From NCBI GenBank assembly GCA_963714015.1, contig OY970223.1, positions 96,001-160,000 on the forward strand: 64,000 nucleotides of DNA, written 5' to 3'. Every line of letters begins with the position of its first letter. Position 1 is the stretch's first letter. The translations under genes were made by a program, and so were the position numbers. Of the stretch, positions 1 through 10,407 are shown in pieces. Below the pieces are notes generated by a model that was not told where the DNA came from, searched no databases, and saw only the letters and a list, made by a program, of their open reading frames with translations. Origin of the DNA: Vulcanimicrobiota bacterium (GTDB lineage: Bacteria > Vulcanimicrobiota > Vulcanimicrobiia > Vulcanimicrobiales > Vulcanimicrobiaceae).

Positions 1-2
1 TG

Positions 3-1196
3 TCGGGTCTTACTCGTCCCAACACCAGCATCACGCCCTCGCAGCCCCTGCTGAACATCTCGGTAAATCGAACGTTGGCCGCGCAGCTCGGTCTGTCTAC
101 GCAGTCGATTGCGCAGACGATCGACACGGCGACGGCAGGCAGCACGGCGTCGTTCTTCCAGGTCAACGGAACCGAGTACCCGATCATCGTGCAGCTTCCC
201 GCGGATCAACGCCGGTCGCTGCAGACGATCGAGAACCTGCAGGTGCCGGTCTCGAGCGTCGGTTCCGCGTCGGTAGGAGCGGCGTCGAGCGGCCCATTCG
301 TCCCCAGCGCGTCGGGCGGCACCGGCGCAAGCAGCGGCGGAGGCGGCTTGACGCAATCGAGTTCCAGCGCACCTGGTCAAAGCTTTACGCTGCAGACGCT
401 GCCATTAGGCGAGGTCGCCGATATCTCCACCGGCGTAGGCCCCTCGCAGATCACGCGCCAGGATAAACAGCGCGAGATCGACGTCACCGCCGACTTGACG
501 AACACGACGCTCGGCAGCGCCGTACAAGCGACGACGCGGATCATGAATTCAATTGCGCTTCCGCCGGGCTACTACTGGGGCTTCGGTCAGTCCGTCACCC
601 AGCAGGGGCAGACGTTCAGCAGCCTGGGACTTATCGTCGTCTTGGCAGTGCTGCTCATCTACATGCTGCTCGCCTCGCAGTTCGAATCGCTTCTGCATCC
701 GATCGTGATCATGATGGCGGTGCCGCTCTCGCTCGCCGGTGTCGTATTGGCGCTGGTGATCACGCAACGGTCATTCGGCCTGACGGCCTTCATCGGCTTG
801 CTCATGCTGGTCGGTATCGTCGTCAAGAATGCGATTCTCGTCGTGGAGTTCACCAATCAGCTGCGTCATCGCGGACTATCCGCGCGCGATGCGGTGCTGC
901 AAGCCGCGCCGCTGCGGCTGCGGCCGATCTTGATGACCACGCTGGCGACCGTCGGCGGCATGCTTCCGATCGCGGCCGGCATTGAAGCGGGAAGCGAGAC
1001 GCAAGCGCCGCTCGGTACGGTCGTCATCGGCGGTTTGCTCTGTTCGACGATGCTCTCGCTCGTCGTCATTCCGACCCTGTATCTGTGGGTAGCGAATCAC
1101 ATCGAGCCGCGTTTCGGCAAACACGCCAAGGGCGGAAACGGCCGGCCGCACGTTCTGGAAGCGCCGCCGCATCCGGAACCGGTCCATACTTCCTAA
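3..1196 (+). CDS. RND efflux permease (AcrB/AcrD/AcrF family), C-terminal part; 5' end outside window
   Basis: Frame is open from base 3. Motifs GPSQITRQDKQR, LASQFES, GIVVKNAILVVEF, LRLRPILMTT, APLGTVVIGGL. Confidence 0.92.
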   Translation, partial: SGLTRPNTSITPSQPLLNISVNRTLAAQLGLSTQSIAQTIDTATAGSTASFFQVNGTEYPIIVQLPADQRRSLQTIENLQVPVSSVGSASVGAASSGPFVPSASGGTGASSGGGGLTQSSSSAPGQSFTLQTLPLGEVADISTGVGPSQITRQDKQREIDVTADLTNTTLGSAVQATTRIMNSIALPPGYYWGFGQSVTQQGQTFSSLGLIVVLAVLLIYMLLASQFESLLHPIVIMMAVPLSLAGVVLALVITQRSFGLTAFIGLLMLVGIVVKNAILVVEFTNQLRHRGLSARDAVLQAAPLRLRPILMTTLATVGGMLPIAAGIEAGSETQAPLGTVVIGGLLCSTMLSLVVIPTLYLWVANHIEPRFGKHAKGGNGRPHVLEAPPHPEPVHTS

Positions 1197-1203
1197 CAAG
1201 CTC

Positions 1204-1229
1204 AGGGGCGCGAAAGCGCCCCTTATTTT
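1204..1229. terminator. Intrinsic terminator hairpin between convergent genes
   Basis: Perfect 8-bp stem AGGGGCGC-GAAA-GCGCCCCT with GNRA loop, followed by TATTTT. Confidence 0.75.
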
Positions 1230-1963
1230 AGGAAGAAGTAGGCCGACATTCCGGCTCCGATGCACAGCACGACCGCGCGCGTGGCGCGCGACGGTATTTT
1301 GCGAAAGAACCGCGCGCCCGCGTAGCCCCCGGCCATCGCAAAGATGGCCATCAGCAGCGCGACGGGCCAGTCGATGACTCCCGCGATGAAAAACGGCACG
1401 ACCGCCACGCCGTTTATCGTGACCGAAAGCAGATTCTTCACGCCGTTCATCGCGTTCATGTTCGGCAAGCCGGAGAACGAAAGAATCGCCAGCATCAAAA
1501 TTCCCATGCCTGCGCCGAAATAGCCGCCGTAAATTGAAACTGCGAACTGCAGTGCGAGCTGGGCCGGAGAATGCACGTGCTTGCGCGTTCCGGATGTAAC
1601 CAGCAGCGGGCTAACGGCAAACACCAGCGTGGCAAAGAGCAGCAGCCACGGAACCATGCGTTCGAAGGTTTTCGGCGGCGTATGCAGCAGCAGCACCGCG
1701 CCCGCAAGCGATCCGACTAGGCTGATTGCCAGTGCCGGTATGATGACGGAGCGGTATTTGAGAATCTCTTCCTTGTAGCCGCGCGCACTCGCGAGCACGC
1801 CCATCCACATGGCCGTGTTGTTCGTTGCATTCGCCGGTATCGCAGGCACGCCGGCAAACAGCAGCGCGGGAAACGTCAGGAAACTGCCGCCGCCCGCCAC
1901 GCTGTTGATCGCCCCGCCCGCAAACGCCGCGCCCAGGAGCAGCAGCCAGTGCGGTTGGATCAC
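1223..1963 (-). CDS. Sulfite exporter TauE/SafE family membrane protein
   Basis: AGGAINSVAGGGSFLTFPAL, ANATN and YGGYFGAGMG motifs; multiple TM helices. Confidence 0.88.
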   Translation of the reverse strand: MIQPHWLLLLGAAFAGGAINSVAGGGSFLTFPALLFAGVPAIPANATNNTAMWMGVLASARGYKEEILKYRSVIIPALAISLVGSLAGAVLLLHTPPKTFERMVPWLLLFATLVFAVSPLLVTSGTRKHVHSPAQLALQFAVSIYGGYFGAGMGILMLAILSFSGLPNMNAMNGVKNLLSVTINGVAVVPFFIAGVIDWPVALLMAIFAMAGGYAGARFFRKIPSRATRAVVLCIGAGMSAYFFLK

Positions 1964-4189
1964 TCGTTCATCGCCGTTAGGGCGATACTCTGCTCACCAC
2001 GACAAGCTGAGGAAGAGCGGGCTTCGCGTTTAGTCACGCGATAAACGCGGCGCACGTCTTTGAGCGTTTCGAGTTTGCGCAGAATTTGATGAAGGTGGTC
2101 GAGATCGCGGATTTGGACGGTCAGGCTCACGAGCGCATGCCGATCGCGCTTGACCCGCGCGGTGACGGAGCTGACCTGCGTCTTGAGCTCCGCGAAGACC
2201 GCCATCACGTCTTGCAGCAGACTGCGGGCGGTCGAGCCCTTCGACTTCGATGTCGACTGCGTGCATGATCTCCGTCTTGCCGATCCACGAAGCTTCGAGC
2301 ATCCGTTCAGGCGTTGCAGTCATGTAAGCAACGTTCGGGCAATCGGCCCGATGCACCGAGACGCCTTTGCCGATCGTTACGTAACCGATAATCGGGTCGC
2401 CGGGCACCGGGCTGCAGCATTTCGAGAGCCGCACGAGAACGTCGTCGACGCCGGCGATGCGGATTCCGCTGGTCTTGCGCGCAACGCGGCGTGAAACGGA
2501 CGGCGGCCGCGTAATCGGTTGAAACTCGACGACGTTATTGGCTTTGAGTTCGTCTTTGATGCGGTTGACGACCGCTTGCGCCGACTGATCGCCAAAGCCC
2601 ACGGCGGCAAACAAATCGGTGGGCGTCGAATAGTTCAGACGGGCGGCGATGCGTTCGATGACTTCGCCGCTAAGAGTCGAGAGGCTGATATGCTGCCGCG
2701 CGAGTTCTTTTTCGATCCCTTCCTGGCCGGCAAGAACGTTTTCTTCGCGGCGCTCTTTGCGGAACCACTGTTTGATCTTGTGCTTCGCGCTGCTGGTCTT
2801 GGCTATAGAAAGCCAGTCGAGCGATGGGTGACCGCTGGATTTGTTGACCAGGATCTCGCAGATGTCGCCGTTCTGCATCGAGTGATCGAGCGGTACGATC
2901 CGCCCGTTTACGCGGGCGCCGACGCAATGATTGCCGACGTCGGTGTGCACGTAGTATGCAAAATCCAGCGGCGTGCCGCCCGCCGGCATGCTGAACACGT
3001 CGCCGCGCGGCGAGAAGACGAAAACCTGCGAATCGAAGAGATCCAGCTTGAGGTTTTCCATGAACACGCGCGAGTCGCGCATGTCCTTTTGCCACTCCAG
3101 CAGCGCGCGCAGCCAGGAAAGTTTGTTCTCGAACTGGTCCGCCTTGCCGCCTTCTTTATAGCGCCAGTGCGCCGCAATGCCGTATTCGCTGGTGCGGTGC
3201 ATCTCCCAAGTTCGAATCTGAATTTCGAGCGGTTCGCCTTCGGGGCCAACCACCGTAGTATGCAGCGACTGGTACATGTTGGGCTTGGGCATCGCGATGT
3301 AGTCTTTGAAGCGTCCGGGGAGAGGCGTCCAGAGCGCATGAACGGTGCCCAGTGCAGCGTAACAGTCTTTGACGGAATCGACGATGATGCGAATCGCGGT
3401 AAGATCGTAGATCGTCGCGAAGTCCCGGCCCTTCTTCATCTTCGCGTAAATTGAATAGAAGTGTTTCGGCCGGCCTTGAATTTCGGCGTTGATGCCCAGT
3501 TCTTTGAATTCGCCGTTGAGCCGCTCGATTGCGCCGGCCACTGCCGTTTCGCGTTCTTGCCGCGTCTTGGCGACGCGCTCGACGATCTCGCGGTAGCCTT
3601 CGGGATCGATGTACCGCAGACACAGATCCTCCATCTCCCACTTGATCTTCCATATCCCGAGACGATGCGCGATGGGCGTGTAGATATCGAGCGTTTCCCT
3701 CGCGATGCCCTGCTGTTTTGCGGCCGGCAAGCTGCCCAGAGTGCGCATGTTGTGCAGGCGGTCCGCGAGTTTGATGATGATGACGCGGATGTCTTTTGCC
3801 ATCGCCATGAACATCTTGCGCAGATTCTCGACTTGCGCTTCTTCTTTGGATTGGTACGGAATGCGAGTCAGTTTCGTCACGCCTTCTACGAGGCTGGCGA
3901 TCTCCTCGCCGAACTCGGCGGCAACTTCTTCGGTGGTGACGCTCGTGTCTTCGACGACGTCATGCAGCAGCGCGGCGGCGATCGTTTGCCGATCCATCTC
4001 CAGGTCGGCCAGGATACCGGCAACGGCGAGGGGGTGCTCGATGTATGACTCGCCCGATGCGCGGCGCTGCCCCTCGTGCGCGTGGTCGGCAAGCTGGTAC
4101 ACGCGCATAAGCCACGACCCGTCGAGGGACGGGTCGTAGGCCTTCACCTTGTGGACCAGCTCACCAATCATCATGCTTCCGGTTATCAT
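1960..4189 (-). CDS. relA: Bifunctional (p)ppGpp synthetase/hydrolase (RelA/SpoT); +1 frameshift at ~2221 splits the ACT domain, probably a sequencing error
   Basis: HD domain (LLHDVVED), IKLADRLHNMRTL, synthetase (GRPKHFYSIY, YQSLHTTV, EIQIRT), TGS and CCSPVPGD. Removing one base at 2221 gives DRPQ-LLQDVMAVF and the ACT domain of ORF 1960..2208. Confidence 0.95.
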
Positions 4190-4271
4190 GCCACAGACCG
4201 GGGCTCGGACGCAAAATATTTAGGTGGAACCCACCGCTTGCGATTGGGGTCGGAGCCTCGCGCAGCGCGTT

Positions 4272-4733
4272 TTACTCGAAAAATATCGCCGTGATTAGAC
4301 CCTTGGGGTCGAGGCCGAGATCCATGTCGATCGCCCCGCGGTCGCAGGTCATGTGGTAGACGTAGAGATCGCCTTGTTTTGAATGACTGATGCCGCGGAA
4401 GGCTACGCTCTGCAACGCGCCCATGTTGGCGAGCGTGGCCGAGCCTCGAGAGACGACGTCGTCCGTGATCTCCTGGTTTATCTGCTCTCCGTACAGACTG
4501 CGATTGATCTGGCCTTGCTGCCACGCGAGAAACTGCTGTACCGCGATCTTATGCACTCTGGGGTCGTCGGCGGCCGGCTGCGGCGACGGAATGGGCGGCG
4601 CTGTGTCGGCGGCCGGCGCCGAGGGAGAAGGCGCAGCGGTTGCGCCGGTCTGTTGGGCCGGTGCACCGGTTTGAATGAAGACTACGGCTGCAGCCCCGAG
4701 GACCAGCGCGAAAGCAGTTCGTTTTAGCGGCAT
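4272..4733 (-). CDS. Secreted hypothetical protein (signal peptide, Pro/Ala linker, small C-terminal domain)
   Basis: MPLKRTAFALVLGAAAVVFIQTGAPA signal peptide; co-oriented between apt and rel. Confidence 0.7.
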   Translation of the reverse strand: MPLKRTAFALVLGAAAVVFIQTGAPAQQTGATAAPSPSAPAADTAPPIPSPQPAADDPRVHKIAVQQFLAWQQGQINRSLYGEQINQEITDDVVSRGSATLANMGALQSVAFRGISHSKQGDLYVYHMTCDRGAIDMDLGLDPKGLITAIFFE

Positions 4734-4754
4734 AGCGGGTTCCCCGGCGTGAGC

Positions 4755-5267
4755 TCAGTATTTGATGAAAGTAGTAACGTCGACGCCCATCAAAGCGTCG
4801 CGCCCCTTGAGCGCTTCCAACTCGATGAGAAACGCGAAGCCCTCGACCGAGCAGCCCAGCCGCTCGAGCAGGCGGCGTGTCGCGGCGGCCGTGCCGCCTG
4901 TAGCGAGCAGATCGTCTACGACGAGGACGCGGTCGTCGCTGCCCAGCGCGTCGGCGTGGATCTCCAGAGAGTTGGTTCCATACTCGAGTGCGTAGGACTC
5001 GCTCAACTTGTCATACGGCAGTTTGCCCGGCTTGCGAACGGGGACGAACCCTGCCCCGATGGCGTACGCGAGCGGCGCGCCAAGCATATAACCGCGCGCC
5101 TCAATCCCCACGACGTGGTCGATCTTGCGGTTACGATAGGCCCCGACGAAGAGATCGATTGCCGCCTTGAAGCCTTGCTTGTCCTTCAGAAGTGGGGTAA
5201 TGTCTCGAAAAAGAATCCCCGGGATCGGAAAATCCGGGATGGCGCGTATATACGTCTGGACGTCCAC
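4755..5267 (-). CDS. apt: Adenine phosphoribosyltransferase
   Basis: IPDFPIPGILFRDITPLL, GIEARG, RKPGKLP, YALEYG, VVDDLLATGGT. Confidence 0.97.
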   Translation of the reverse strand: MDVQTYIRAIPDFPIPGILFRDITPLLKDKQGFKAAIDLFVGAYRNRKIDHVVGIEARGYMLGAPLAYAIGAGFVPVRKPGKLPYDKLSESYALEYGTNSLEIHADALGSDDRVLVVDDLLATGGTAAATRRLLERLGCSVEGFAFLIELEALKGRDALMGVDVTTFIKY

Positions 5268-5345
5268 CGGGCGGGCATTCTAGGAACACTCTATGCTGCC
5301 TTTTCGTTGATCGTGGGAACGCTTCAGGTGGAGGAAGGCGAGGAG

Positions 5346-5651
5346 ATGAAGCAGCGAGTCCTTGCGGCCGCACTTGCGGTCCTCATGGCGCTTGGGACCA
5401 CCGGCTCGGCGTTGGCGAACGGCAGAGTCAGGACCCGCAACATTCTCACGGCGCTGGGAGCCGTCGCGGCGTTCTTGATTCCCAACTACAACCACAAATT
5501 GCGCGAAAAGCGAGCCGAGGAGCAGCAAGTGCGCCGCCGGCAAGCAGCGTACCGCGACTGGTACGTCCGAAAATACGGTTACTATCCCAGCCAAATGGAA
5601 TTCGCCCACTGGTACAAGCAGACGTACGGAGCAGTTCCGCAAACATCATAA
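5346..5651 (+). CDS. Small exported hypothetical protein
   Basis: GAGGAG RBS then ATG 5346; signal peptide MKQRVLAAALAVLMALGTTGSALA; aromatic-rich C-terminus. Confidence 0.7.
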   Translation: MKQRVLAAALAVLMALGTTGSALANGRVRTRNILTALGAVAAFLIPNYNHKLREKRAEEQQVRRRQAAYRDWYVRKYGYYPSQMEFAHWYKQTYGAVPQTS

Positions 5652-5652
5652 G

Positions 5653-6528
5653 TTGTTCAAGCACGAAACCGCTCGCGTGATCCGTCGAGAGTCACCCGCG
5701 CAAACCGGGTGGCTCTCGGAGTTCTTAGAGGACAACCGGCGCAGATTCATCGTCGCGCTCGCAGCGGCGATTGCCGTTCACGAGGTGATCGCCGGAATTT
5801 TTCCGTGGCATAGCCGTTCGGTTCTCGAGCCGTCCGTGGAGACGATCACGATTGCGAAGATGATTCGAATAGAACATCGCGCCACTCCGACTCCCGCGCC
5901 GACGCCCCGGCCGACGCCAAAACCCGTCGTGCATACCAAGGTCGTTGCCGAAACGCACGTTCGCCCAGCGATCGTCAATCCGGGCAATCCGTCGCAACAC
6001 GCCCGGATCAAGCGCGTTGCCTCGGCGCGTCCCCTGGTTCGCACGCGGTTTCACAGCAAACCGGCCGACATCCACGTTCCAATGGGCGGACAGGGCGCCG
6101 GAACGAGCAAGGCGGCAAAAGTCGAAACGGGCGGCCTCGGAACGACCGGCGCCGGAACCGGGCAGAGCGGCAATGCGAACGGTACCGGCGGCGCACCCGA
6201 GGGTCAGGAACCTTGCGGTTACGTCGAGTTTCAGCCGACGCAACAGCCGACGATCGATTCGTCCACCGGTCGAATCTGGGAGCACGTTTCGGCAACCGTG
6301 CATTTCCCGGACGGAAGCGCGCAGAACGTCATACTCGATTATCCGTGGTACTTTCCAAACCGTGCTTCGGATCCGTTCTTCCCGGAAAACTCCAATTTAC
6401 CGGCCTTGTTCCAACAGCCGCCCGTAAATCAACGCGCGTCCGAGCCGGCGGTGGTGCAGTACATCATGACGCACAGTGACGCACAAGGGTTCACGAAGTT
6501 AAGGGATTGCCCCGGCGGAACGCCGTAG
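5653..6528 (+). CDS. Membrane-anchored Pro/Gly-rich protein with TonB-like architecture
   Basis: Anchor RRRFIVALAAAIAVHEV with His, PTPAPTPRPTPKP linker, Gly-rich tract, Cys-flanked C-terminal domain. Confidence 0.6.
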   Translation: MFKHETARVIRRESPAQTGWLSEFLEDNRRRFIVALAAAIAVHEVIAGIFPWHSRSVLEPSVETITIAKMIRIEHRATPTPAPTPRPTPKPVVHTKVVAETHVRPAIVNPGNPSQHARIKRVASARPLVRTRFHSKPADIHVPMGGQGAGTSKAAKVETGGLGTTGAGTGQSGNANGTGGAPEGQEPCGYVEFQPTQQPTIDSSTGRIWEHVSATVHFPDGSAQNVILDYPWYFPNRASDPFFPENSNLPALFQQPPVNQRASEPAVVQYIMTHSDAQGFTKLRDCPGGTP

Positions 6529-6536
6529 AGGTGCGC

Positions 6537-7241
6537 ATGAAGCGCTCCATCGTAGTTGCGGCTGCATCTCTGGTGCTTTGCGGCTGTTCCGGCAGTATAA
6601 CCGACGACGGCCGAGCATTTACCGAACATGCTCACCGCACGTTCGCCGCGGCGCAAATTCACGCGCTGCGCGTCGACAACGTGACGGGCTCGATAACGGT
6701 TACCGGCACCAACGCGCCGCAAGCCTGGATCGACACGACGAAGTTCGCCGGACATCGCGATTCACTCGATAACACGCAAGCCATAGTCGAAAACGACGAC
6801 GGCCAATTATACGCGCATACGAACTACGTGAAGACGAGCTGGTTCGGCAGTCGCGGAGGAGGCGTCGACTACTCCGTGGGCGTCCCATCCGGAACGTCAC
6901 TTCATCTAGCGAACGTCAGCGGGCCGATTACGATTCGCGATGTGAGCGGCCCACTCGATATTCAGGAAGTGAGCGGGGCCATCAGCGCTTCGCTGGGCCG
7001 CGTTGCCGGCGAACGGGACATTCGCATCAACACGGTTAGCGGCGGCACGACGCTGCAGATCGCGCGCAACAGCGACGTAACCCTGGACGTAAAGACCCTA
7101 AGCGGCGACATTACGGCGTTCTTCCCGCTTACAAAAGACAAAGGAGTTGTCGGACAACGCGTCCACACCCACTTAGGAAATGGGAGTGCCTCCATCGACG
7201 TCAATGCCGTCAGCGGAGCCGTCATGGTCAAGCCGCAATAG
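6537..7241 (+). CDS. DUF4097/adhesin-like beta-strand repeat lipoprotein
   Basis: Lipobox LCGC; repeated xNVSGxI / TVSGGT / TLSGDI motifs. Confidence 0.8.
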   Translation: MKRSIVVAAASLVLCGCSGSITDDGRAFTEHAHRTFAAAQIHALRVDNVTGSITVTGTNAPQAWIDTTKFAGHRDSLDNTQAIVENDDGQLYAHTNYVKTSWFGSRGGGVDYSVGVPSGTSLHLANVSGPITIRDVSGPLDIQEVSGAISASLGRVAGERDIRINTVSGGTTLQIARNSDVTLDVKTLSGDITAFFPLTKDKGVVGQRVHTHLGNGSASIDVNAVSGAVMVKPQ

Positions 7242-8518
7242 ACGAAGCGCGGTGCAGCAGCATCTGCTGCGCGGCCGCAAAGATTCGCTGAGCGGCGGCG
7301 CGCCGATAATTCGTTTCGGCCGCGGGCGGCGGCATGAAGACCGTCATTGCGGCGTTCGCCTCAAAGACGACGATGTTTCCCTGTCCGTCAAGGCCGAAAT
7401 CGACGCCGCCGTAATCCAGTCCTAAAGCCGCGGCGATCGCTTCGAGCGACTGCACCGCCCGGTTTCCCAGCGCGTCACGCATATTCGACAAAAAATGCTC
7501 TTCCTCGGCGCGCTCCGCCTCGCCCATTTGCGCACTGAAGTAGTGGACTTTCCAATTTTCGGAAACCGCGAGATGCGCCGGAAAGACGGCGCCTTCAACG
7601 AACATGGCGCGATACTTGCGAAATCTTCCGTCCGTGCGACGCGTGTCGACGAACTGCATCGCCAGTACGTCCGAACCGGGCAGTGCCGCAAGCGCTTCTC
7701 GCAGATGTTCGGCGTTTTGCGCCATGACGAAGTGCTTGCCGTTGTGGTGCCCCGGCGCGCGCAGCAGCAACGGAAAAACCAGACCCGACTCGTGCGCACG
7801 GTCTGCCGGTGACGAAAGCAGAGAGTCGCGCGGGATCAGCGCCATCGCGGGCGTCACGACGCCGCGAATAGATCGTAAGCGCTCCGCGCTCGGGAGCCGT
7901 CCGGTAGCGCGAATGCGTTGCGTCGGATTGACGATGGGCGCCCGCGTTTGCGATAGAATCCAGTCGGTCAGATCCAAAGCGGGACCGCACAAGTCGGGGT
8001 CCGCGATGCTGTTGAACACGACGTCGTGCGGCGGGAGGGCACGCGAGCGGTTCCAATACTGAATTGCAATGGTCGTCGTCTCGAAGACTGCGGTATCCAA
8101 AAATGCGTCGGTGGCGGTCAAGCCGTCCACTAATGCGGAACCTATCTGCAAAACCCGAACCGGCGATCCGCTTCCGGTGTAACGCGCGACGTAGGAATTC
8201 ACCGGTTTATATGCAGCTCGAACGTGTTCGACCGCTTCCGGAAATTTCGTCATCGCCGTGAGCAGTTGCGCGTACTCCAAATGCGCGCCGAGCAGATTGG
8301 GCTCTAAGGCCAGCGCGGTTTCGAAATGCGCACACGCCTCCGAATGCCGGTTCAGCTTAGACAGCACACTCGCAAGTTCGGCGTGGATCACCGGATTTCG
8401 CCCGTGATGCGCAACCGCAGACAAAAGCAGACTCGCTTGCCTGCTGATGCCGTCCTTCGGCGGATAGGCTCTGCGCGGCCTCGGCGAGGCCTACGGCGTC
8501 CTCAAGTTGATGTGCCAC
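7228..8518 (-). CDS. TPR-domain protein with C-terminal ATP-grasp (RimK-like) domain; +1 frameshift at ~8431
   Basis: TPR helices (HAELASVL...HFETALALEP) and ATP-grasp motifs (FPLLLRAPG, RKYRAMFV, LDYGGVDFG, FEANA). Removing one base at 8431 extends the ORF to GTG 8518 with another TPR-like helix (LAEAAQSLSAEGRHQQASELLL). Confidence 0.75.
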
Positions 8519-8581
8519 TACTCATCAATCGGCTCCACGCACGAACGCATTGAGCTGTGCCCGGACGGGTACCACAATTGC

Positions 8582-9043
8582 ATGCTTCTGCAGACCTTGG
8601 CCGCAGCGGCAATGCTTGCGGCGTCGACACCTTCGCCGGCTGCCGTGGTGGATGCAACGATGGCCGGCAGCGTCAGTTCCGCCACGGCGAAAGTAGGCGA
8701 TAGTTTTACATTCACAACTGTCCAACCGGTTCAGGTGAACGGCTTGCATATTCCGGCGGGGACGCTCGGCCACGGCGTCGTGACCGCGGTCTCTGCCGCA
8801 GCCGGAACACACCGAGGCACGCTGTCGCTGCAGCCGCAGTACTTAATCCTCGCCGGCGGAACGCATGAACCCGTGCAGGCCGTCGACTCGACCGCGTACG
8901 CGGCTCGCAGGCATCTCTTTCCGTTTCCGGTTCCGTTACCGGGAGTGATCTTAATCGGCGGCGTTCAGAACCCGGGTTCGGATGTAACGATTGGCCCCGG
9001 TACGCATTTCCGAATATCGATACTTCCAAATGAAACGCACTGA
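8582..9043 (+). CDS. Secreted beta-rich hypothetical protein (VirB10/TrbI-like barrel signature)
   Basis: Signal peptide; SVSSATAKVGDSFTF...IPAGTLGHGVVT...DVTIGPGTHF pattern. Confidence 0.6.
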   Translation: MLLQTLAAAAMLAASTPSPAAVVDATMAGSVSSATAKVGDSFTFTTVQPVQVNGLHIPAGTLGHGVVTAVSAAAGTHRGTLSLQPQYLILAGGTHEPVQAVDSTAYAARRHLFPFPVPLPGVILIGGVQNPGSDVTIGPGTHFRISILPNETH

Positions 9044-9150
9044 CAGGAGATTTACTCGCACACGTCCGCCTGCTTCCCCGCCTTTTCATTGGTTCCGTTC
9101 GTCGTGAATAGCCGAGCAGCCCGATGCAATCGGGAGTATGGGAGGCTACT

Positions 9151-10359
9151 ATGGAATCAGTTCGTCAGTCAGGGCAGCGGATCGTCGAATTCGGCATCTA
9201 CCGAGACGGCGACAACAATTTGGACCAGTCGCAAGGCGTAACGTTGCGGCAAGCGCTTCAGAGCAGCGCCAAGGATTCGGGGATTGAGTACACCGTCCAG
9301 GATACGACGTCGATCGGCACGGGGGAATTGCGCACCGATTCGTTCACGATAGCCGACGGCGGCGTCGGTCAGGCCGCAATTGATTCACCGCATGACATGG
9401 CGTCCGAAAAGAATCTGGCGCACTTCGTCGCGCACGTGCTCGACAACGCAGAGAGCAGCGGCGCGAAGCAAACGTGGATCGAACTGACGGATCACGGCGC
9501 CGGTGACGGCGGCGGGCTCGAAGCGGACAGCGCCCGCCAAATCATGCCGATGCCCAAGATGGCGCAGGCCATCGCCGACGGCGTAAAGCTGCACGCGCAA
9601 GAACACCCTGAAGACGCCGGACGCAACGTCGACGGCGTGGTTGCCAATCAGTGTCTGATGTCGAGCCTTGGCTTTGCGGACGCACTCTCGCATGCCGGCG
9701 TAAAATATTTGGCCGCCAGTCCGGAAACGATGGTTTCACCGGGAGTCCCCAGCAGCGTCGCCGACGCGATCGTCAAACACTCGGACGATCCGCAGGGCAT
9801 GGCGAACGCGCTCGTCACCGACGTAATGCATCAGAAGTACGGCGCCGGCGACCAGACGTGGGGCCCCGCAGCGGCGTTCGACGTTTTGGATTTGGACCGC
9901 AGTAAGATGAAGGGCGTCGAGCACGCCGTCAAATCGTTGGACGACGCCATAGCGGCGCGTGGCAACGACTCTGCCGAGATTCGTGCCGTTCGTGAAGACG
10001 CGCGTTCCGTTGACGGCATGGTCCGGTTTCCTGAATCCAAACCCAACATGCCCTGGCACGCAGACCGGCCGGCGATCGCGCTCTACGACGCGCTCGCTAG
10101 AGATTCGCGCTTGGATCCGACGCTGCGGCACGACGCAGCGGCGGCAAAAGATGCAGTGTCCAGCGTCGTAATCGCTCACAAAGAGAGCAAGAGCTTCGCG
10201 CCGTTCGGCGGATCGAGCTATTCCGATGCTGCGGGTCCTACGACGCACTTCCCGGTCAAGCCGGCCCAAATCGATCCGTGGGCGCCGCGGGTGAGCGAAA
10301 CGAACAACCGCTTCTTCAAAGAGACGGACGCAGCGGCCGCAGAGCGCGTCGTCGCATAA
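9151..10359 (+). CDS. Clostripain-related cysteine peptidase (family C11-like)
   Basis: GGAGG RBS; YRDGDNNL, catalytic-type DHGAG and NQCLM, YLAASPE. No signal peptide. Confidence 0.75.
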   Translation: MESVRQSGQRIVEFGIYRDGDNNLDQSQGVTLRQALQSSAKDSGIEYTVQDTTSIGTGELRTDSFTIADGGVGQAAIDSPHDMASEKNLAHFVAHVLDNAESSGAKQTWIELTDHGAGDGGGLEADSARQIMPMPKMAQAIADGVKLHAQEHPEDAGRNVDGVVANQCLMSSLGFADALSHAGVKYLAASPETMVSPGVPSSVADAIVKHSDDPQGMANALVTDVMHQKYGAGDQTWGPAAAFDVLDLDRSKMKGVEHAVKSLDDAIAARGNDSAEIRAVREDARSVDGMVRFPESKPNMPWHADRPAIALYDALARDSRLDPTLRHDAAAAKDAVSSVVIAHKESKSFAPFGGSSYSDAAGPTTHFPVKPAQIDPWAPRVSETNNRFFKETDAAAAERVVA

Positions 10360-10407
10360 CGCCGCTTGCAGGATGACCTTTAGCGGTACACAGAAACGAA
10401 AGCGTCC

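Noticed and set aside
4200..4259. ncRNA or REP element upstream of rel (GGGGCTCGGAC...GTCGGAGCCTC)
   Set aside because: Single imperfect inverted repeat; no second copy or family signature seen.
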